Below are positions 25,634-40,270 of a stretch of DNA of 64,000 bases, one piece after another. The stretch's first letter is position 1; every line of letters begins with the position of its first letter. Made by a program: the position numbers and the translations under genes. This stretch comes from Camelus dromedarius (taxonomy: Eukaryota), in contig NC_087436.1 of the NCBI RefSeq assembly GCF_036321535.1, forward strand, positions 98,458,001 through 98,522,000, in the 5' to 3' direction. The notes under the pieces are model-generated. The model was given only the letters and a program-made list of their open reading frames with translations, searched no databases and was not told the origin of the DNA.

Positions 25634-26600
25634 GCCTCTTGGCTTCAGGTAACAGTAGAGGACAATACGGGCTAAGCACAAACTCCAAGGAGGTGTCAAG
25701 GTGATACAGCAGAAATGTCACAAAAGCCACTGTCTGAGAGGAAAGAATAGGAAGAGATGCTTCCCCTCTTCTAGCTGGGGTAATCCATCATGCCAAACCA
25801 TGTTTTCCCTGGGGGCTTTCTCCAATTTGAATCAAAGTTCAGTGTCATGGATTCTGGATAACCAGCTGAAACTGTGGCTTTCAGGTAAGAAACAAATTAA
25901 GAATATTTTTTCTTTCTCCTTTTCTCAGGTAACGCTGAATTTCTGCTAGAGTTTTTGTCAACACTAAATGCTGGGATGTTGTATAGACTTTTTGCTGGGA
26001 AAACTGCTCAACAATCTGGCAACTGGCCTGGACTTTTAAATTGGAGTTTGTGGTGCTAGTGTAATGAAAATCATATGTGATCTATTATCTCTTTGCTAGC
26101 TTTAAAAATGACAGGAGAGACTTGTCATGGAATAAATTCAATTCAGAGGTCCTGAGACAGCTGGATCTTTTCAGGGAGAAAAATACAAAGCTTCATTGAT
26201 TGCAATGGGATTGAATGTTTGACTTTAAATTTTGAGTCAGACTGACTATTTGACTAGTATTATAATGTTTATATTCAAATGAGTGCATCTTATTACTTGT
26301 GTCTTTATTACATCATTGATCTCTTTGCAAAACTCCCAATAGGCTAAAGTGGAAAACATGCAACTTGGCTAGTTATAGTATGAGCTGAGAAATGTGATAG
26401 GCAAACAATTTTAACTTTTATCATAGTGACTTTATTGTTGGTTTACTTAATGGGATGTGTTAACCAATTTTGGAGCTTTCTGAAAGAAAATATGTATTTC
26501 TTCCTACTAGTGTCACCGTACCGTACTCAAAGGAGCAAATTCCAAAGGTTAGAACAAAATCTATGCTAATGGCTTATTGAGTTCCAATAAATATTCTTGG

Positions 26601-26645
26601 TTTTTTTTTTTAATTTTTTTTTAAATTTTTTTTTTTTTTTTTTTT
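26601..26645. repeat. Interrupted poly(T) tract
   Basis: Direct reading. Confidence 0.9.
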
Positions 26646-28864
26646 GCCTGACTCCTTACTGAATCCCATAGAGGAAAAGGTACCACTTAGCTGGTAGATA
26701 ACAACTATTCCTCAACATATACAATCTAGGAGATACCTGCATTTATGGGCAGCAATGGGAAATGTCTCTCTTTCTCTCTCTCTCTCTCTCTTTCCTCACT
26801 GATTTGAGAAGCGTGTCTGCTCTACAGAATCAAGCTACCTCTCTGGTGGGTGATACCAAAATCTGTACTAAAGAATAAAATGTTTACTTGCTCATATTTA
26901 TCTAGGACCTTCAAATTAAACTTTTTAATAGCAAAAGAAATATTTTGGTTCTCTATCTGTTGATTCCATCTCGTTCAGAATTTGGGATAAAAACACAGGT
27001 CCTATATAGTGGGATCCCTTGAGCCCATCCCAACATTAATCATTTTACTATACTCTCTCTCACAATATATTTGTATTTTTACTGAAATCGCTATGTATCC
27101 CACAGAAACCCTATAGACATGTGTAAAATCCTGGCATCATCTGCCTGCCTGCCTCTTTCAATTGCCATGTTTTACAAATTTAAGGATTGAAAAGTTTCAC
27201 TTCCCTAACATTTTAAAAAGCAGCTTGTTTACATTTTAGTATTTTTACAGATTGTGTTTAGGATATTTAATGCCAGATTTTACACTTCAGTTTTTTTGGT
27301 CAAACAATTTCTCTCACATTCCTGACCAAAGTATATCTAACTCAGCACAGGTCTAATGTCTAAGGAAATTTTACAGTAGGCCTAATGTTTAAAAAAATTC
27401 CTTTAGATGCTCAATAATACTTTGGGAAATCACTAATACTCAGTCCAGACAAATAATCAGACTCTTGTTGTCCAGGGAGACATGTTCTATGAGACAATTA
27501 TGCACAAAGTGTTTTGCAAACTCTTAGAAGCATTACAATCGCCAGCTCAGAAATTTAGAAATGGCATCTCAAAGGACGATATGTCAGTACTGAATCAGGA
27601 GAAATTGTAGGCCAACACAAGAGTCTGAGTGACTGTTTTTCCAGAGAAATCATAATGCAGAAGGATTTGAAGGTAGGAGAGTATGAAGAATCAGGAGTAA
27701 TGTGAGTAGTTTAACATGGCCCAGACTGTAAGAGAGCAGAGAGAGAGGAGTTAGGGAAGTAGGGGGTACAAAGGCACTTGCATGCAATGTCAAGGAACTT
27801 AGCCTTTGTTTATTATTTGTATATGGGTTTTTAAATTATTAACTTATACATTGTTACCATACATTTGTTTATATCTTCCTATTTTTATTATTTATTTTTA
27901 TATTAATGATCAACTCTGTCATTAAAACCAATCAGTCAATCAGGTATTTAAGGAAGATTTATTATTGTACCTGTGGTATGATTAAGTGCCTTATGGGCTA
28001 AAAAACTTGTCCCTCAAATTGTGTGTATATTTGTGTTTATAAAAATTTATAAACATATCCTTATATAAATACATATGATTATGATTATATATGTGTGTAT
28101 TTCTGAAAAAAGAAAAGAAACACCTGGAATTAAGTGAAGTGAATGAAAAAACAAAGGAATATTGTAAAATATTAATTCTAAAGTTGTTACAGCTGTATTT
28201 TCACCATATCCAGAAAAATTTCAGGAAGAATTTATTAGAAATACAATTAAAATAACATCATTATTTATTGTTGTGGCATCAAAAATGCTATATAATGCTG
28301 ACTAAATTCTCTGAAACATTTCCAACAATAAAATTGAAACTTAGAAACTAATGAATACACAACTTCATAGCTTTTGGTCTAAGAAAGAAAAAATAAGTAA
28401 GACAGTATTTTATAGTAATATAACACATAGGACTACCAAACAATATCAGAATTAAGATGCAGTTTCCTTATGAAATAATTATAATTTCAGTCAATACTGG
28501 TATCATACAAGAGGAAAAAAAGAAGGATTTGAAAATTATACACACTAAAATTTATCAATATTGAGAATTTACAGTTTAGTATTTACTATTATCAAGGCCA
28601 ACAGTTAGTATGTATTGGTTAAACAGGAGACAGGGAAAGAGAAGGAAAGAGAAGAGCAGAGCCTCAAGATAGTCATAAAATTAATAAAAATAAAATAATT
28701 AAATATAATACAATTTATAAATTTAGTGAAAAGTAAAGCTTTATAACTTAATTTTAATGATGGCTTTAATGTGTAAGAAGTTGGTCATTACCAAATTAGG
28801 AAAGAAAATTACAACTCTGATTTATCAATTTCATAATAAAAATGTATTTTCCAAGGCTGTAAGG

Positions 28865-29037
28865 CAATACTTCTTAACCAGCCTTTGTTTTAGAATTATC
28901 TTTGGAGTTTTGAAAAATACACAGTCTTAACTGCTTTAACCTACTGCATCAGGTTATTCTATGTCATTACCTGCATTTATAATATTAAAAAAAATCCACT
29001 GCTTTTCTATTGATTAGAGCTGAGCTGAGAATCGCGG
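28865..29037. mobile_element. hAT-Charlie MITE (MER5-like)
   Basis: caatacttcttaacc...ttagaattatctttggagttttgaaaaatac...ctgagaatcgcgg, with flanks ctgtaagg / ctctagga. Confidence 0.6.
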
Positions 29038-29669
29038 CTCTAGGATCACTCTTCTTGTTTCCAAGAGAAGGTACAAAGCTATCCAATGAAGGAACTGCTT
29101 CCACATTTTAAAAAAAAATCTGAATGATTGACGTTTTGCTGATACTGACAGTGTTGAAAAATCAAAATATTTGACTTATTTTGCCTAAGTGTACTTACAT
29201 GAGCCTTGTGACATAGCTAATTTTCCACTTACATAGCACTTAAATAATTATTATAAACACTTCAAGTTAAAGTAATTTAGATTGATGGAAAACTTTTCAA
29301 TTACATTAATTTAATTAAGCATTCCACATAAGGGTCAACATATATAGTTGTGCTATCACCCTTTTCCACCAATTACAGAAAACACTTCATGGTAGTCATT
29401 AATGAACTCCAAAACTTTTCTTGACACAGTGCACTATGTAACCATTAGGAATATCTTGGCATTAACACGTGAGATGAAAGCTATATGGCATCCTAGTTCT
29501 GTGATTTTCATCTTCAGCAACAGGAAGAGTTGTGGTGATTGTATGATCATTCCTGAACTAAGCTGTCAGAGAAATGTACAATAAAATAATGGTACTATGG
29601 CTCTTCTGTAGCCTCAATTTAAATGTTGTACCTTCGTTTTCTCCGTTCTTTTTAATAGCAACATTGCAG

Positions 29670-29815
29670 GCCATTTATTATCATCACTGTTCTGAGATGG
29701 TAAAACCAAAGCCTAGCGGTGTAAAATAAACAGCTCAGGGTCATCCAATGAGTAAGTAGCAGAAATGTGATTCAAACCAGTCTTGTCTTAAAGCCAATGG
29801 TATCCTTCACACAGT
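29670..29815 (-). mobile_element. MIR fragment
   Basis: ttattatcatcactgttctgagatggtaaaaccaaagcctagcggtgtaaaataaacagctcagggtcatcc...gtaagtagcagaaatgtgattcaaacc. Confidence 0.7.
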
Positions 29816-32649
29816 TCTAACATTATGACACAGTACAGATTACAAAATATGGGATTAGCACCTTTAAAGATAACTGTGAAAAAAATTCCCAAGAAACACT
29901 GAAGGTTACACAAAATATAATTCTACAAAAATGAAGTCATCCTTGAATAGGGAGAGATAGAGCATCTCAAACACCTGAAACAGATTTACAGCTTATCAGT
30001 CACTGTTACAAGATATCACACTCCTCTGTATAGAATTTATAAAAATGGTGTTTCATTGCTTGTGTGGAGCAGAATCATGGAGCTCTGGCCTTGTCTTTGC
30101 CACATGAGTTGCCTATAAACTGATAGATTGATTTTAATTTGACCTTGGCAGTTTTTGTTACCCTCTGAGGTATTAGTCTTGCTCTGTTCCAGACCTTTTC
30201 CTTGAACTCTGCCCTTCTTCTAAAGACTTGTCCCTGAGGCCCTAGGCAGGCTGTCAGTCATAACTTTGTTGGGCATGACCGACATGGTGTGTCAAACCCG
30301 TTAGTGCTTTTGCCAGTTCTATTTTTTAAGAAAAGGTACCTTAGTTATCTAAAAGAATAATCTATATTGTAAGTACCTAATTTGATAAAAGGAACCCACA
30401 CAGTAATAAATGTGTATTATAATGGTTTTTAGATAGAAAAACTAGATTTTTGCACATTCTGTGTCATTCATCTAACTATTGTTACATGTGCATCTACTTA
30501 GAAGTGGACATATTTCAGAAATACTAATCATAATCAAATAAACCAGTTTTCAGTGAATTAGGAGAAATATTCTCAATTTCATGAAGTCTGACCACTTATC
30601 TAATTATTCTCACAATCATTTATATTAACAATAGCATTATATATCTATGTATCTATATATCTATATACTAAATTTGATCAAATATGATAAAGTTCTTGTT
30701 TTTTTTTCTTTCTGATATTTCATCTGCTACATCTCTTTCTCATTCTCTCATTTGCCTTATCATTTCAACAAATTCCATTCATCTTAGTAATCCAATCGAA
30801 ATGATTGCTCTCAGTACCTATTCCAAGAAAAAATGGAGGTATGTATTTTCAATCAGGAATGTATATACTGTGACATTTGAGCTGGTGTTCTGATACAGAA
30901 TATTTTATATATTGGGGGTATCTGAGATTTAAATAATTCAAGATGTTTTTATTTCTTATTGTGGTTATTTCAAGGTGTTGTATATTTTGTATGATTTGAT
31001 AACTTTTTATATAAGCAATGCCTTTAAACAACTACTGAACACAAAATTATAAAATGATGGTTAAATCAATCTTAGATGATGAATGGATAAAATAATGAAG
31101 ATAATCATATGACTGTAGCAGTCATTTCACTCTTCATGTATCAAAAATATTTTTAAAATAAGACTGTAGATTAGTTTTCCTATTAATTTTTAGCAATGCA
31201 GAAAATATTAACTTTCCATTTTACTTTATTCATAAGTATATAACTCCAGTCAAATTCTAGGAAATGCAATGTCACTGACAAGTACATGTCTTTAATAATT
31301 TAATGACTAGTATTAGAGATTATGCAGATGTAGTGATTTTCCCCCACAATCCAATATTAATATAGTATGTACTTAATGATTCAGAAAATTAGAGATTGAA
31401 ATAACATTAAAAATGGTATGATCTACATTCCCTCATGTGACAGATTTACTTTTACACATACTATAATGGTTTCACCATACTAGTTAAAGTTAGCATTGAA
31501 ACAGAAAGTCTTTTCAATATTTTATATCAAAGAAAGACATCATAATATTTCTCTTTAACAGGTGAATGTATATGCACAGCTAGGAAGCATGAAGTTTCAT
31601 ATATCTACTCCTAGTGAAATGGACTTGAACTGCTGGCAAGCCTTGACACTTCACACAGTGAAATACTAAGTTCATCCTTAGAAAAGACTATAACATTAAA
31701 AAGGGAGAGAGATTATTGGAGACAGTTGAATATAGACAGTAGATTTTTCTGTCATAAGGATCTTTACAGTAAATGTTGAAGCAGTAGAAATCATAAATAA
31801 TACTTGTTTTTATGTTACACATTCTGAGAATTTTTATAGAGCTCAAGTGGATTATAATCAGATAACAGTAAAACTCTTCCTAAGATACTATATATGTTGT
31901 AACTTTTATTTTGTGTGAATAGTAAAACAACTCTCTTTTTCTCTTTCCACACACACAAGCGCATACACACACACATACACAGACACATACACAAACACAT
32001 TTTTGCAGTGCAGGCATATATTTTATCTATTTTACCAACTAAAATTTTTTTAAATATAGGACTTCTTTAAGACAGAGAAGTTCATAATGAGAGTACTAGA
32101 TACCTTCATTGCCACTAACTGTAGATAATCACAAACATTGCAAGGCATTTTGTATTACATGACATTATAAAGCTGTATATATTCAAATGCATAAGGTATA
32201 CGATTTAAAGAATGAGGAATGCAAAATAACACAAAAATAGGAAATAATTTTAATAAATTACTATTGCTTTTACAAACTATGGGAAAGATTTATGCCTAAA
32301 AAAATTATTTTCCCTTTTAAGTTCTAGAATTCTTTTGAGACAGCTGTATCTTCTATTTCATGACTTAGATCTAGAAATCTAGAGATATATTTATTCCATT
32401 GAACATTAGGCTGTTCTGATATATATTTTATTTTAGCTCATTTGTATAAGCACAGAAGCATATTCCTTCACAGTGGATGAAATATGGAATATAAAAATGT
32501 CTATTTTATTTAAATTGTTTCATGTAAACATGCCATTCTTACTTGAAATTAAATAGAAAACTTTCAAATTAGAATAATTTAAATAAAAAGTAAAGAGTCT
32601 TTCAGTTTTCAGTAAGAAAGATTTTTAAGCATTAAAAAAATAGCATTAA

Positions 32650-32785
32650 GGGGGAAGGTATAGCTGGTAGAGGGCATGCCTCGCATGCACGAGGTCCTGG
32701 GTTCATTCCACAGTATTACCTTTAAAAAAATAATGAACAAACAAACAAACAAACCTGATTACTTCCTCCCCCAATTTTTTTAAAA
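32650..32785 (+). mobile_element. tRNA-Ala-derived camelid SINE (vic-1-like), A box partly deleted
   Basis: gggggaaggtatagctggtagagggcatgcctcgcatgcacgaggtcctgggttcattcc...aaacaaacctgattacttcctcccc; degenerate TSD aaatagcattaa / aagtaatattaa. Confidence 0.9.
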
Positions 32786-32789
32786 GTAA

Positions 32790-33615
32790 TATTAATTACC
32801 TACATTTTACAAGCCATCCTTCCAGACTTTGGTGATATAGAAGTGAACAAAACAACATTTCTTTCCTGACGGAGGTTCTATTGTAGAGGGTGGCAAGTAC
32901 CCAGGAAAAATATTATTTTTAATGTTTGATTTATATATATGTATATAAATGAGAAAACATGATAAGGCAAGTGGTGAATGAATGACGGCAAAGAAATGCT
33001 GCAGAATAGAACATAAATGGTGTAGAGGGAATGCTGTTTCATATAACTTGGTCCAAGAAGCCCTCTTGGATAATTACATTTAAATACAGGTGGAAGAAAG
33101 TGAAGGCACCAACCATTTCATGATTTTCTGGGAGAAAGGTATATTCAGCCATGTAAAGAACTCTCACAAATGCTCTGAGAGGGCTTCAGGCATGTTTGAA
33201 ACCTTGGACCCCACTTGAGGAGACCAGTGTGGTTGAGGCAAGGGGAGGAGTGACCACAGATGACATCAGAGAGATAGCAGGGTACCCAGACAGCATAAAT
33301 TTTATTCGGAATGAGTTGAGAAGCCAGGCACAATTTGGAATAGTAGGGTGACAACGTTGACCCAGATTTTTAAAGGATCATCATGATTTCTGCAAAGGAG
33401 AAAGTCTTCCAGTGTGGAAGCAGGAGACATGTCAGAAGGCTGTTTTTTGAGTCCAGGTTAGGGATTGTGGTGGCTCTAACTGGACTAGGAACAGTGGAGG
33501 TTGTGAGACTGTTTGGACTCTGAGTCTGTTTTAATGGTAATGCTGAAAGGATTTGCTAATGGATTGGATAAGCAGTGTGAGAGAAAGAGAGCAGTCCAAA
33601 ATGACTTCAAGGTCA
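32790..33615 (-). mobile_element. L2 LINE 3' region
   Basis: gtgaacaaaacaac...ttttaaaggatcatcatg...ggaagcaggagac...ggatttgctaatggattggata...gagagaaagagagcagtccaaaatgacttcaagg. Confidence 0.85.
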
Positions 33616-34869
33616 GAATAACCTGAATATTATCTCCCCTCCTCCAAGCAAGTTAGTTTTAATGTTGAGAATTACTTATCCTGACAGGTTGAGAATTACT
33701 GATACATGGGCTGTTGTATTTTTCAAAGGCAATTAATATCAGAGAGACAATTCAGTAGTCTATTGATAGATTAATAGAAACGTGTGATTTTTTTTTTTTT
33801 TTTTTACTGTTTCAGCATCTGTGTTAAATTTTTAATACCAGTCAACCTGATTTTAGAAAACACAAATGACCTCTGGAAATACTCCTTCATTAGTAAATGA
33901 TAACTTCTTTGATCAACAGGAACCCTGAGAACTTGAAAATCTGGAACAAGGTTTTCCTTTAAATAAATCTAATGAGAGAAGAAAAAAGAAAATTCTTATT
34001 TCAAGTAAAATAGTTCATTCATATAAAGGATAGCGGTAAACTGGTCATCAGATTAACTTACAAATAATTGCATAGATAGTGATATTTGTATTTAAGTATT
34101 TTATGCATGGTTTCCACAAATACTGTATTTACTGAGTGTTTACTATGTGATAAACCCTATGATGAACAGTGCCTCTTCAGTGGAGAGGAAAAAGAGAAAT
34201 AATATCTGCCCTGGGGATGAGGAGGTTATGTAGACATAAAGAATAAAAGATGTAGAAATATTTTAATAATGTAATTAAAATATACAATATTTTATAAATA
34301 TTAATCAAGAAATATAATTTTTTAATTATCTAAGTGCTAAGAACAGTCCATAATCTATTGAAAGCAGGGGTCTGCCATTTCTTCAGCATTTAGAAGAGTA
34401 CCTGATAGCCTAAACCTTTCAGTGGTTATTTATGTAATTTATTAATGATGACTTAAGAGTATAAAACATGAGTTTTTTTAATGTAGTCTTGGAAGGCTTT
34501 CTTGAATCATTGGATAGTGCTAAATTAAAAAATTCTGTCCAGAGCTTAGCCTTTATAGAATACACCTTCCAACTTAGGCAATCAAATAATAATACAATAT
34601 TGAGCAGATTTTATTTGGAAGATTTACAGGGAATGATAAAAGTGAAAAAGAGGAGGAGGAGCATGATATGATCTGTGACTTAAGGAATTACAATCTAGAT
34701 AAGGAATGCTCAAAGAGCAGGGATAACTTGGTATATGGTATTCTAATTTCCTTGCACTAAGTCTTCAACCACAGCATTTATTTAACTGTGACCTTATTTA
34801 CTGCTTATAAAACTTCCTCTTTCACATGACTGAGCACTCCATGGAGTGATTAAACAGAACTTCTCATTG

Positions 34870-35260
34870 AAAAATTGGTATTAAATGACCCTTGAGAAAA
34901 GAATAAAAGTTCTTAATAGAAGGAAGTGAAAAATGAATTCCAGGGAAAACATAAACAGGTACATAGGAGTAGAAATGTGAAGATATTCCTAGAAAACAGC
35001 AAGCAGTTATTTTGAGGGAAGTCAGATATCTCCTGGAACATATGAGAAATAAGAATAGAAAGGATCATTCAGGCTAGACTTCAGAGAACTTTCAATGTCT
35101 AACAAAGCCTTGAATCATAAGCAGAGGTCACAAACTGAGGGGTTTGAAAAAGTGAGAGATGTGATCAAGGTTGTATTTCTGAATGTGAGTCTGATTTTGG
35201 ACGGTTTTGATTGATTATAAAGACAGGTCCTCAAATGCTAGACCAGCAGGATTCTATTGC
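34870..35260 (-). mobile_element. L2 fragment
   Basis: Purine-rich antisense L2 pattern (attccagggaaaac...gagagatgtgatcaaggttgtatttc). Confidence 0.5.
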
Positions 35261-36934
35261 TCAAACCTAGTAGCCAGTTCATAAAGACCTGACTGGGCAT
35301 ACATAGAAGGGGGAATAAAAGAAAAATTATGATGGCTCAGTGAGGAGGGAAAAACCCCACAAGTGTTAAAGATGACATCAACGTTTAAGAGTGTTGGTGG
35401 AAAATACTGACTAAATATATGAATGAAATTACCAAATGAATATGAATAAAAATAAGAAAATGAGGACTTCTCTGTGTGTTTGTGCCATCTCTCCATAAAT
35501 AGAGTAAAGCTGAAAATACAACTAGCTTCAAGAACATTTAAGAGAGAGTGTGTCCATATGGTTAGATAGACTAATGGTTGATCTGTACCCAAACAAATGG
35601 TACAGTGGGGCAATAGTCAAGCAATCTTAGATGGTAATGAACTTAGTTTGAGAGTAGGTGGCATTGTCCAAGAACCAAAATGGTAGAAGCCAGAGAAATG
35701 GAATAGGACTTAAATCCAGGTAAGGAAGAACATGTCAAGAACAGACCCCAATTAGCTCCAGGCTTCCAGAGACGGAATAGTTGTAACAGGGAAGAAGGTG
35801 AATATGTGAAGGAATTAAAAGATGTACAGCTTTCAGTGAAAAAGAAGAATTTGGAGTTGAGGGGTATGAAAGTAGAAGTTAGAATGGTAACAAAAAAGAA
35901 AATCTATTCTTAGGCTCTTCATGAAGTCTCTGTTTTAGAATTACACCAAGAATGCAAAGTAATAAAAGAGACACTGCTTGACATCTTTGACTGACTGCCT
36001 GTGTTAAACAGCTCAGAGGAAAGTTCTGTGGCTTCATAACAAGTTCCTTGCCATACCACTTTCCATCTTCACTTCTCAAAAATATATCCAACAGTTTTCA
36101 CTTTCGGATGAAGTTTGGTTAGTTAGCTGTCCATTTATACAAGAACAGCAGTTAGGACCCTCTACTATCAAAAAGGGATGTGAACCTCACCAAAATTTTA
36201 TCTAATTCCTAAAATGGGCAGTTTATATCTAGAAGAGCCTAGTCAAGCTTTCATCACAGTTTACTGTGTGTTGTATCTTCCCTAGCAAAAGTATAGAACT
36301 AAAATTTCTAAATATAAGGACAAGATTCTGAGGGACATACAATGGAAGAAGAGTAATAGGAGGTAAGTTTGGTGAGTCAGACTGGAACCAGATCATACAA
36401 AGCCCTAAAGAACAAAGTATTCAAGATGTTATTCTAAAGGTAATTGTAAGCCAATTTTAGATTTCTAAAGTGATGGAGAAATAAAATTATTTGCAATTCA
36501 AATTTATTCTTGTTGCTAAAAACTGTCGTGGTCTAACAAATGGATATTGTCTTCTAAACCAAGAAAAACTTACTATGTATTTCCTTTAAGGCAATTAACT
36601 GTCTTCCAACATGGTTTCCATAGGACTCATTCTTGTTTTAGATTCACAGTACATTAATAGCAAGGATATTCACTTGCACATCATAGTTGCTTAATAAATG
36701 CTTTAGTGACTCAAGGAGTGATTAAATGACTTGATGACCAACATAATTTTCTTATGAATTTTTTGATCCAAGTTGAAGATTATAATTACCGAGATTTTTA
36801 ACTTGATAGTTTTGAAAATCTTGTGAGAATTAAAATAATGTCATCATAAATTATTATTTCAAATACGCTTTCAAAAAATGTATTTAGTTTGTTTTCTAAA
36901 ACAGTCTTGCTGTTTGAAAAAGAGCAAATCTCAC

Positions 36935-37070
36935 TGCCCCTAGTTTATAGGTGAGGTAATTAAAGCTCCATGTTAAAAGTTCCTTGACAGTGTCAGAGGC
37001 TGAAATTTGGACAAGCCTGACCATTTAGAGCATTTCTTCACTTCCAGTTTTGCTCTTATCCACTGAACCA
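36935..37070 (-). mobile_element. MIR fragment
   Basis: cccctagtttataggtgaggtaattaaagctc...gtgtcagaggctgaaatttggac. Confidence 0.5.
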
Positions 37071-39879
37071 TGATTATCTCAAGCAATGGAAACACTGAGC
37101 TGGACAATGCACTTAAATTTGACTTATTCTGAAAGGCATTTACTTAGCCTGCAAATCCCTAATGCACAGAGGAAGTTGAATAGCACTCTGGAAGACCAGG
37201 AATTGCCTGACAATTCTGGGGTTGACAGTGATTTGGCTGGCTTTCAGCAGACACTTTTCTTTATGTGTTACTTCACTGAACAAGATATGATAATTCTGTT
37301 TTACTGACCTTAAACTGCTTCCTGCCATGGGCTTAAATTAGCCAGGATCTTTGTCAAAACAGTGCAAATCTCTATGGTGAAGGAGCTTAAAAGGAATATC
37401 CTTTTAAAAAATATATTGATAATTTGAGGAAAGTTGGTTAAGAAAAGTCCCATGTTTTCAACTTCACTACTTAAATTAAAAAAAAAAAAAAAAGACATGT
37501 TAGGGGGTCTTGTGTTCTAACATACATAAAGAAATTAATTTAACATTTAAATTTTAGTGAGTATATGGTTATACTAGTCTAAATCCTGTTCAGGATTTTA
37601 TGTTTATGTCAACATTTATTTTAAGTTTCATGCAGTGAAATCTCAGTACTAGTGTTCTAAAATTTAGCTTGCAGTCACTGGATCTTGTTGGATTTAGGAC
37701 ATGACGTGTAGTTCTTTATTTGCAATTAAAAGGCAGTACAGAGGCAGCAGTCTACACTGGTGAAGAAAGTATAAAATTCTGGTTTTCATCCTGAAGATTA
37801 TTACTATGGTAATCTCTCTGTCTCTGTCTCTCCCTGTCTCCCTGTCTCTCTCTTTTTTCCTATGTCTCCCTCTTACATTCATTATCCCTGTTAATAGTGA
37901 GGTACCTATACATAAATATTCCTTCTAGAAGCACATCTGTAAACATAACTTACTTGTATAAGGAAACATTTTCAAAGAGTAACATACTAGTGTTATATAA
38001 TTTTAGACTATGTAGAGCACTTTTCTTAATTTAAAATCAGAGCCATTTTCAAAATTAGACTTCAAACATACAGATTTTACAGATTCAAAGAAACACTACT
38101 CATCTATTTAAAACAAAACTCATTTTTTTAACATAACATTTTTGCTATGAATTTGTCTGTCTATTGAAATATCATGTGTATTTAGCCTGATGATCTGATT
38201 GCCCTTGTAATGGGAAGTGAAAACGTTTAAATCTGATGCATATGTGCAAATTTTAAAACAACTACTTCAAGTTGGAATGGCTCTGTGTACATTTCTTTGT
38301 GGGTAGAAGGCACAGCACATCTTGCATGTATTGCCATAGGGTGTTTTCTCTACTTGTTGTGGTAAATCGATGTCTTACAAGCACTAAATTTAGTATTAGG
38401 GTTCCAATGATCTCAAGATGTTAATAATCAGGTTCTAATGTAGTCACTCACCACCTCCATATTTTGAACCCCATTACTGTTTATTTGGACAGATTTTGGT
38501 TCAGTATTAAAATATATGCATCTTATGTGTTGTGCTATGGAATTTTTAGAGTGCAGATTAATTCAACAGTGGATAAAATTGTTAAAAAAAAGACTTTCCT
38601 TCTTTTTGTTAGTGTTTAAAATTTCTACAAAGTAAAGGAATCAGTTACGATTTTTAAATATGTTGCAGATAGCAGAAGTCTATGTATAGGCATGAGAATT
38701 TACCCTGATTTTACATGAAGTTTGTGGGAAAAAATTAGAATTAAGCTAATTTGGGACTACACGCCTCGAAATGTTTCAGCTCTCAATTCAGTTAAAAGGA
38801 TACAATTAATGTTTCATTTTTTTTGCTTGTTAATTTAAGTGATTATAGGCCTTTCATTGAGATTAAGTTCAAATGAGATCAAATTTGAAACTGAAACTTC
38901 TTTAGAAAAATTCTGCTTGATTTTGACCTTAAACTGGTAGTCAGTATAGCCCAGACTTACAAAATCAGGATTATTTCCAGGTTATCTTCAGTAAATATGA
39001 GAGCCACCCACAACATGCAATAACAGAGAAAGAAGATCATTAATATTATTTATAGATCCCTTATTTTTCTATAATTAACTTAAAAATTTGTTTTTCTTAT
39101 CCCATTGTACCCTTTTTAAGGAAATACATGCACTCACTTTGAAGGAGGAAACATACATCTAGATATCACATATATGTTAACATTCAATATTAGTATTAGC
39201 TTATGAAACAAATTCATATGATATTTAAATATAAAAGTTTCTAAAAAGCAGAATGCTTATACAAGGCATGTCCTTAAAAGATGTCATTCTTCTTTGCTAT
39301 TTTATCAAACCATTAGTTGAATACCTAAAATGTTAGGATTTTACAAAAATAAGTGTCATGTAGACCTTCTGTGTGATATCTAACATTGCATTATATTTGT
39401 CTTGTATTTTATTTACACAGTATATGTATCTTAATCAATATTCTGTATACCAATTTCCTGAAGTACATTGTCTGGTTAAGTCATTCTACCAGATCTAGTA
39501 GGTAATTACTAAATAAAAATAGAGTATTGCTTGCAAGTAGCAAAGCCACTCCTTTTACTACTTTGCACTACCTACTATATACTCTCTTGCCTATTAATAT
39601 TTAATTTATTACTATAAATGTTTTCGTTCATGCTTTCCCATTTAAATATAAGACAGGAAATATTTATTTTGAAAGTACGTACCAGAATGTTCTCATCTAA
39701 TGCTACTCATGGACAAGAGTACCAAGGATGCTGTTGATGTGGTATCAGACGTGGAGGGTGGACAGAGAAATTGTTTCACAAGGAAGAAGAGGATACAGAA
39801 GGCAAAAGGATGGAGGAGGAGGAAAGAAGGTTACCTACACCCCACTTTGCAGACCACAGACCTCCTCGCTAAAATATAA

Positions 39880-40270
39880 TCTCGTTAGTTTGACATCAAC
39901 AGCCCTTGACGATAACCTCTGATCTAACTTTTCAGCCACATGTCTTTTCAACTTTATCTCTGCACCCAACATACCTTTAATTCCAACTGAAGAACATTAT
40001 TGAAATTTCCAGGCCTTTGAATACATCCCTGTCATTCCCAAAGGCCCTCCCCTTAGTAGGCTATACTCTTTCGCCCTCCAGCTAGTGAATTTTTGTTCAA
40101 GCTTTAAGCTCCATCTCAAAGGCTGACTCTGTGACCTGTTGTATTCCCCCAAGCATAGTGACTTGCTCCTCCCACTGACCTCTCTCAGTATAATCTATGG
40201 AATATAGTAAAGCACTTCATCCCACTGAATTGTAGCTACTGTCTTGCCATCTTGCCCACCAAAACGAGGG
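39880..40270 (+). mobile_element. L2 fragment
   Basis: Pyrimidine-rich sense L2 3' pattern (ctagtgaatttttgttcaagctttaagctccatctcaaag...agcacttcatcccactgaattgta). Confidence 0.55.

Noticed and set aside
26601..26645. Orphan poly(A) retro-insertion
   Set aside because: No target-site duplication or attached body visible; kept only as a simple repeat.
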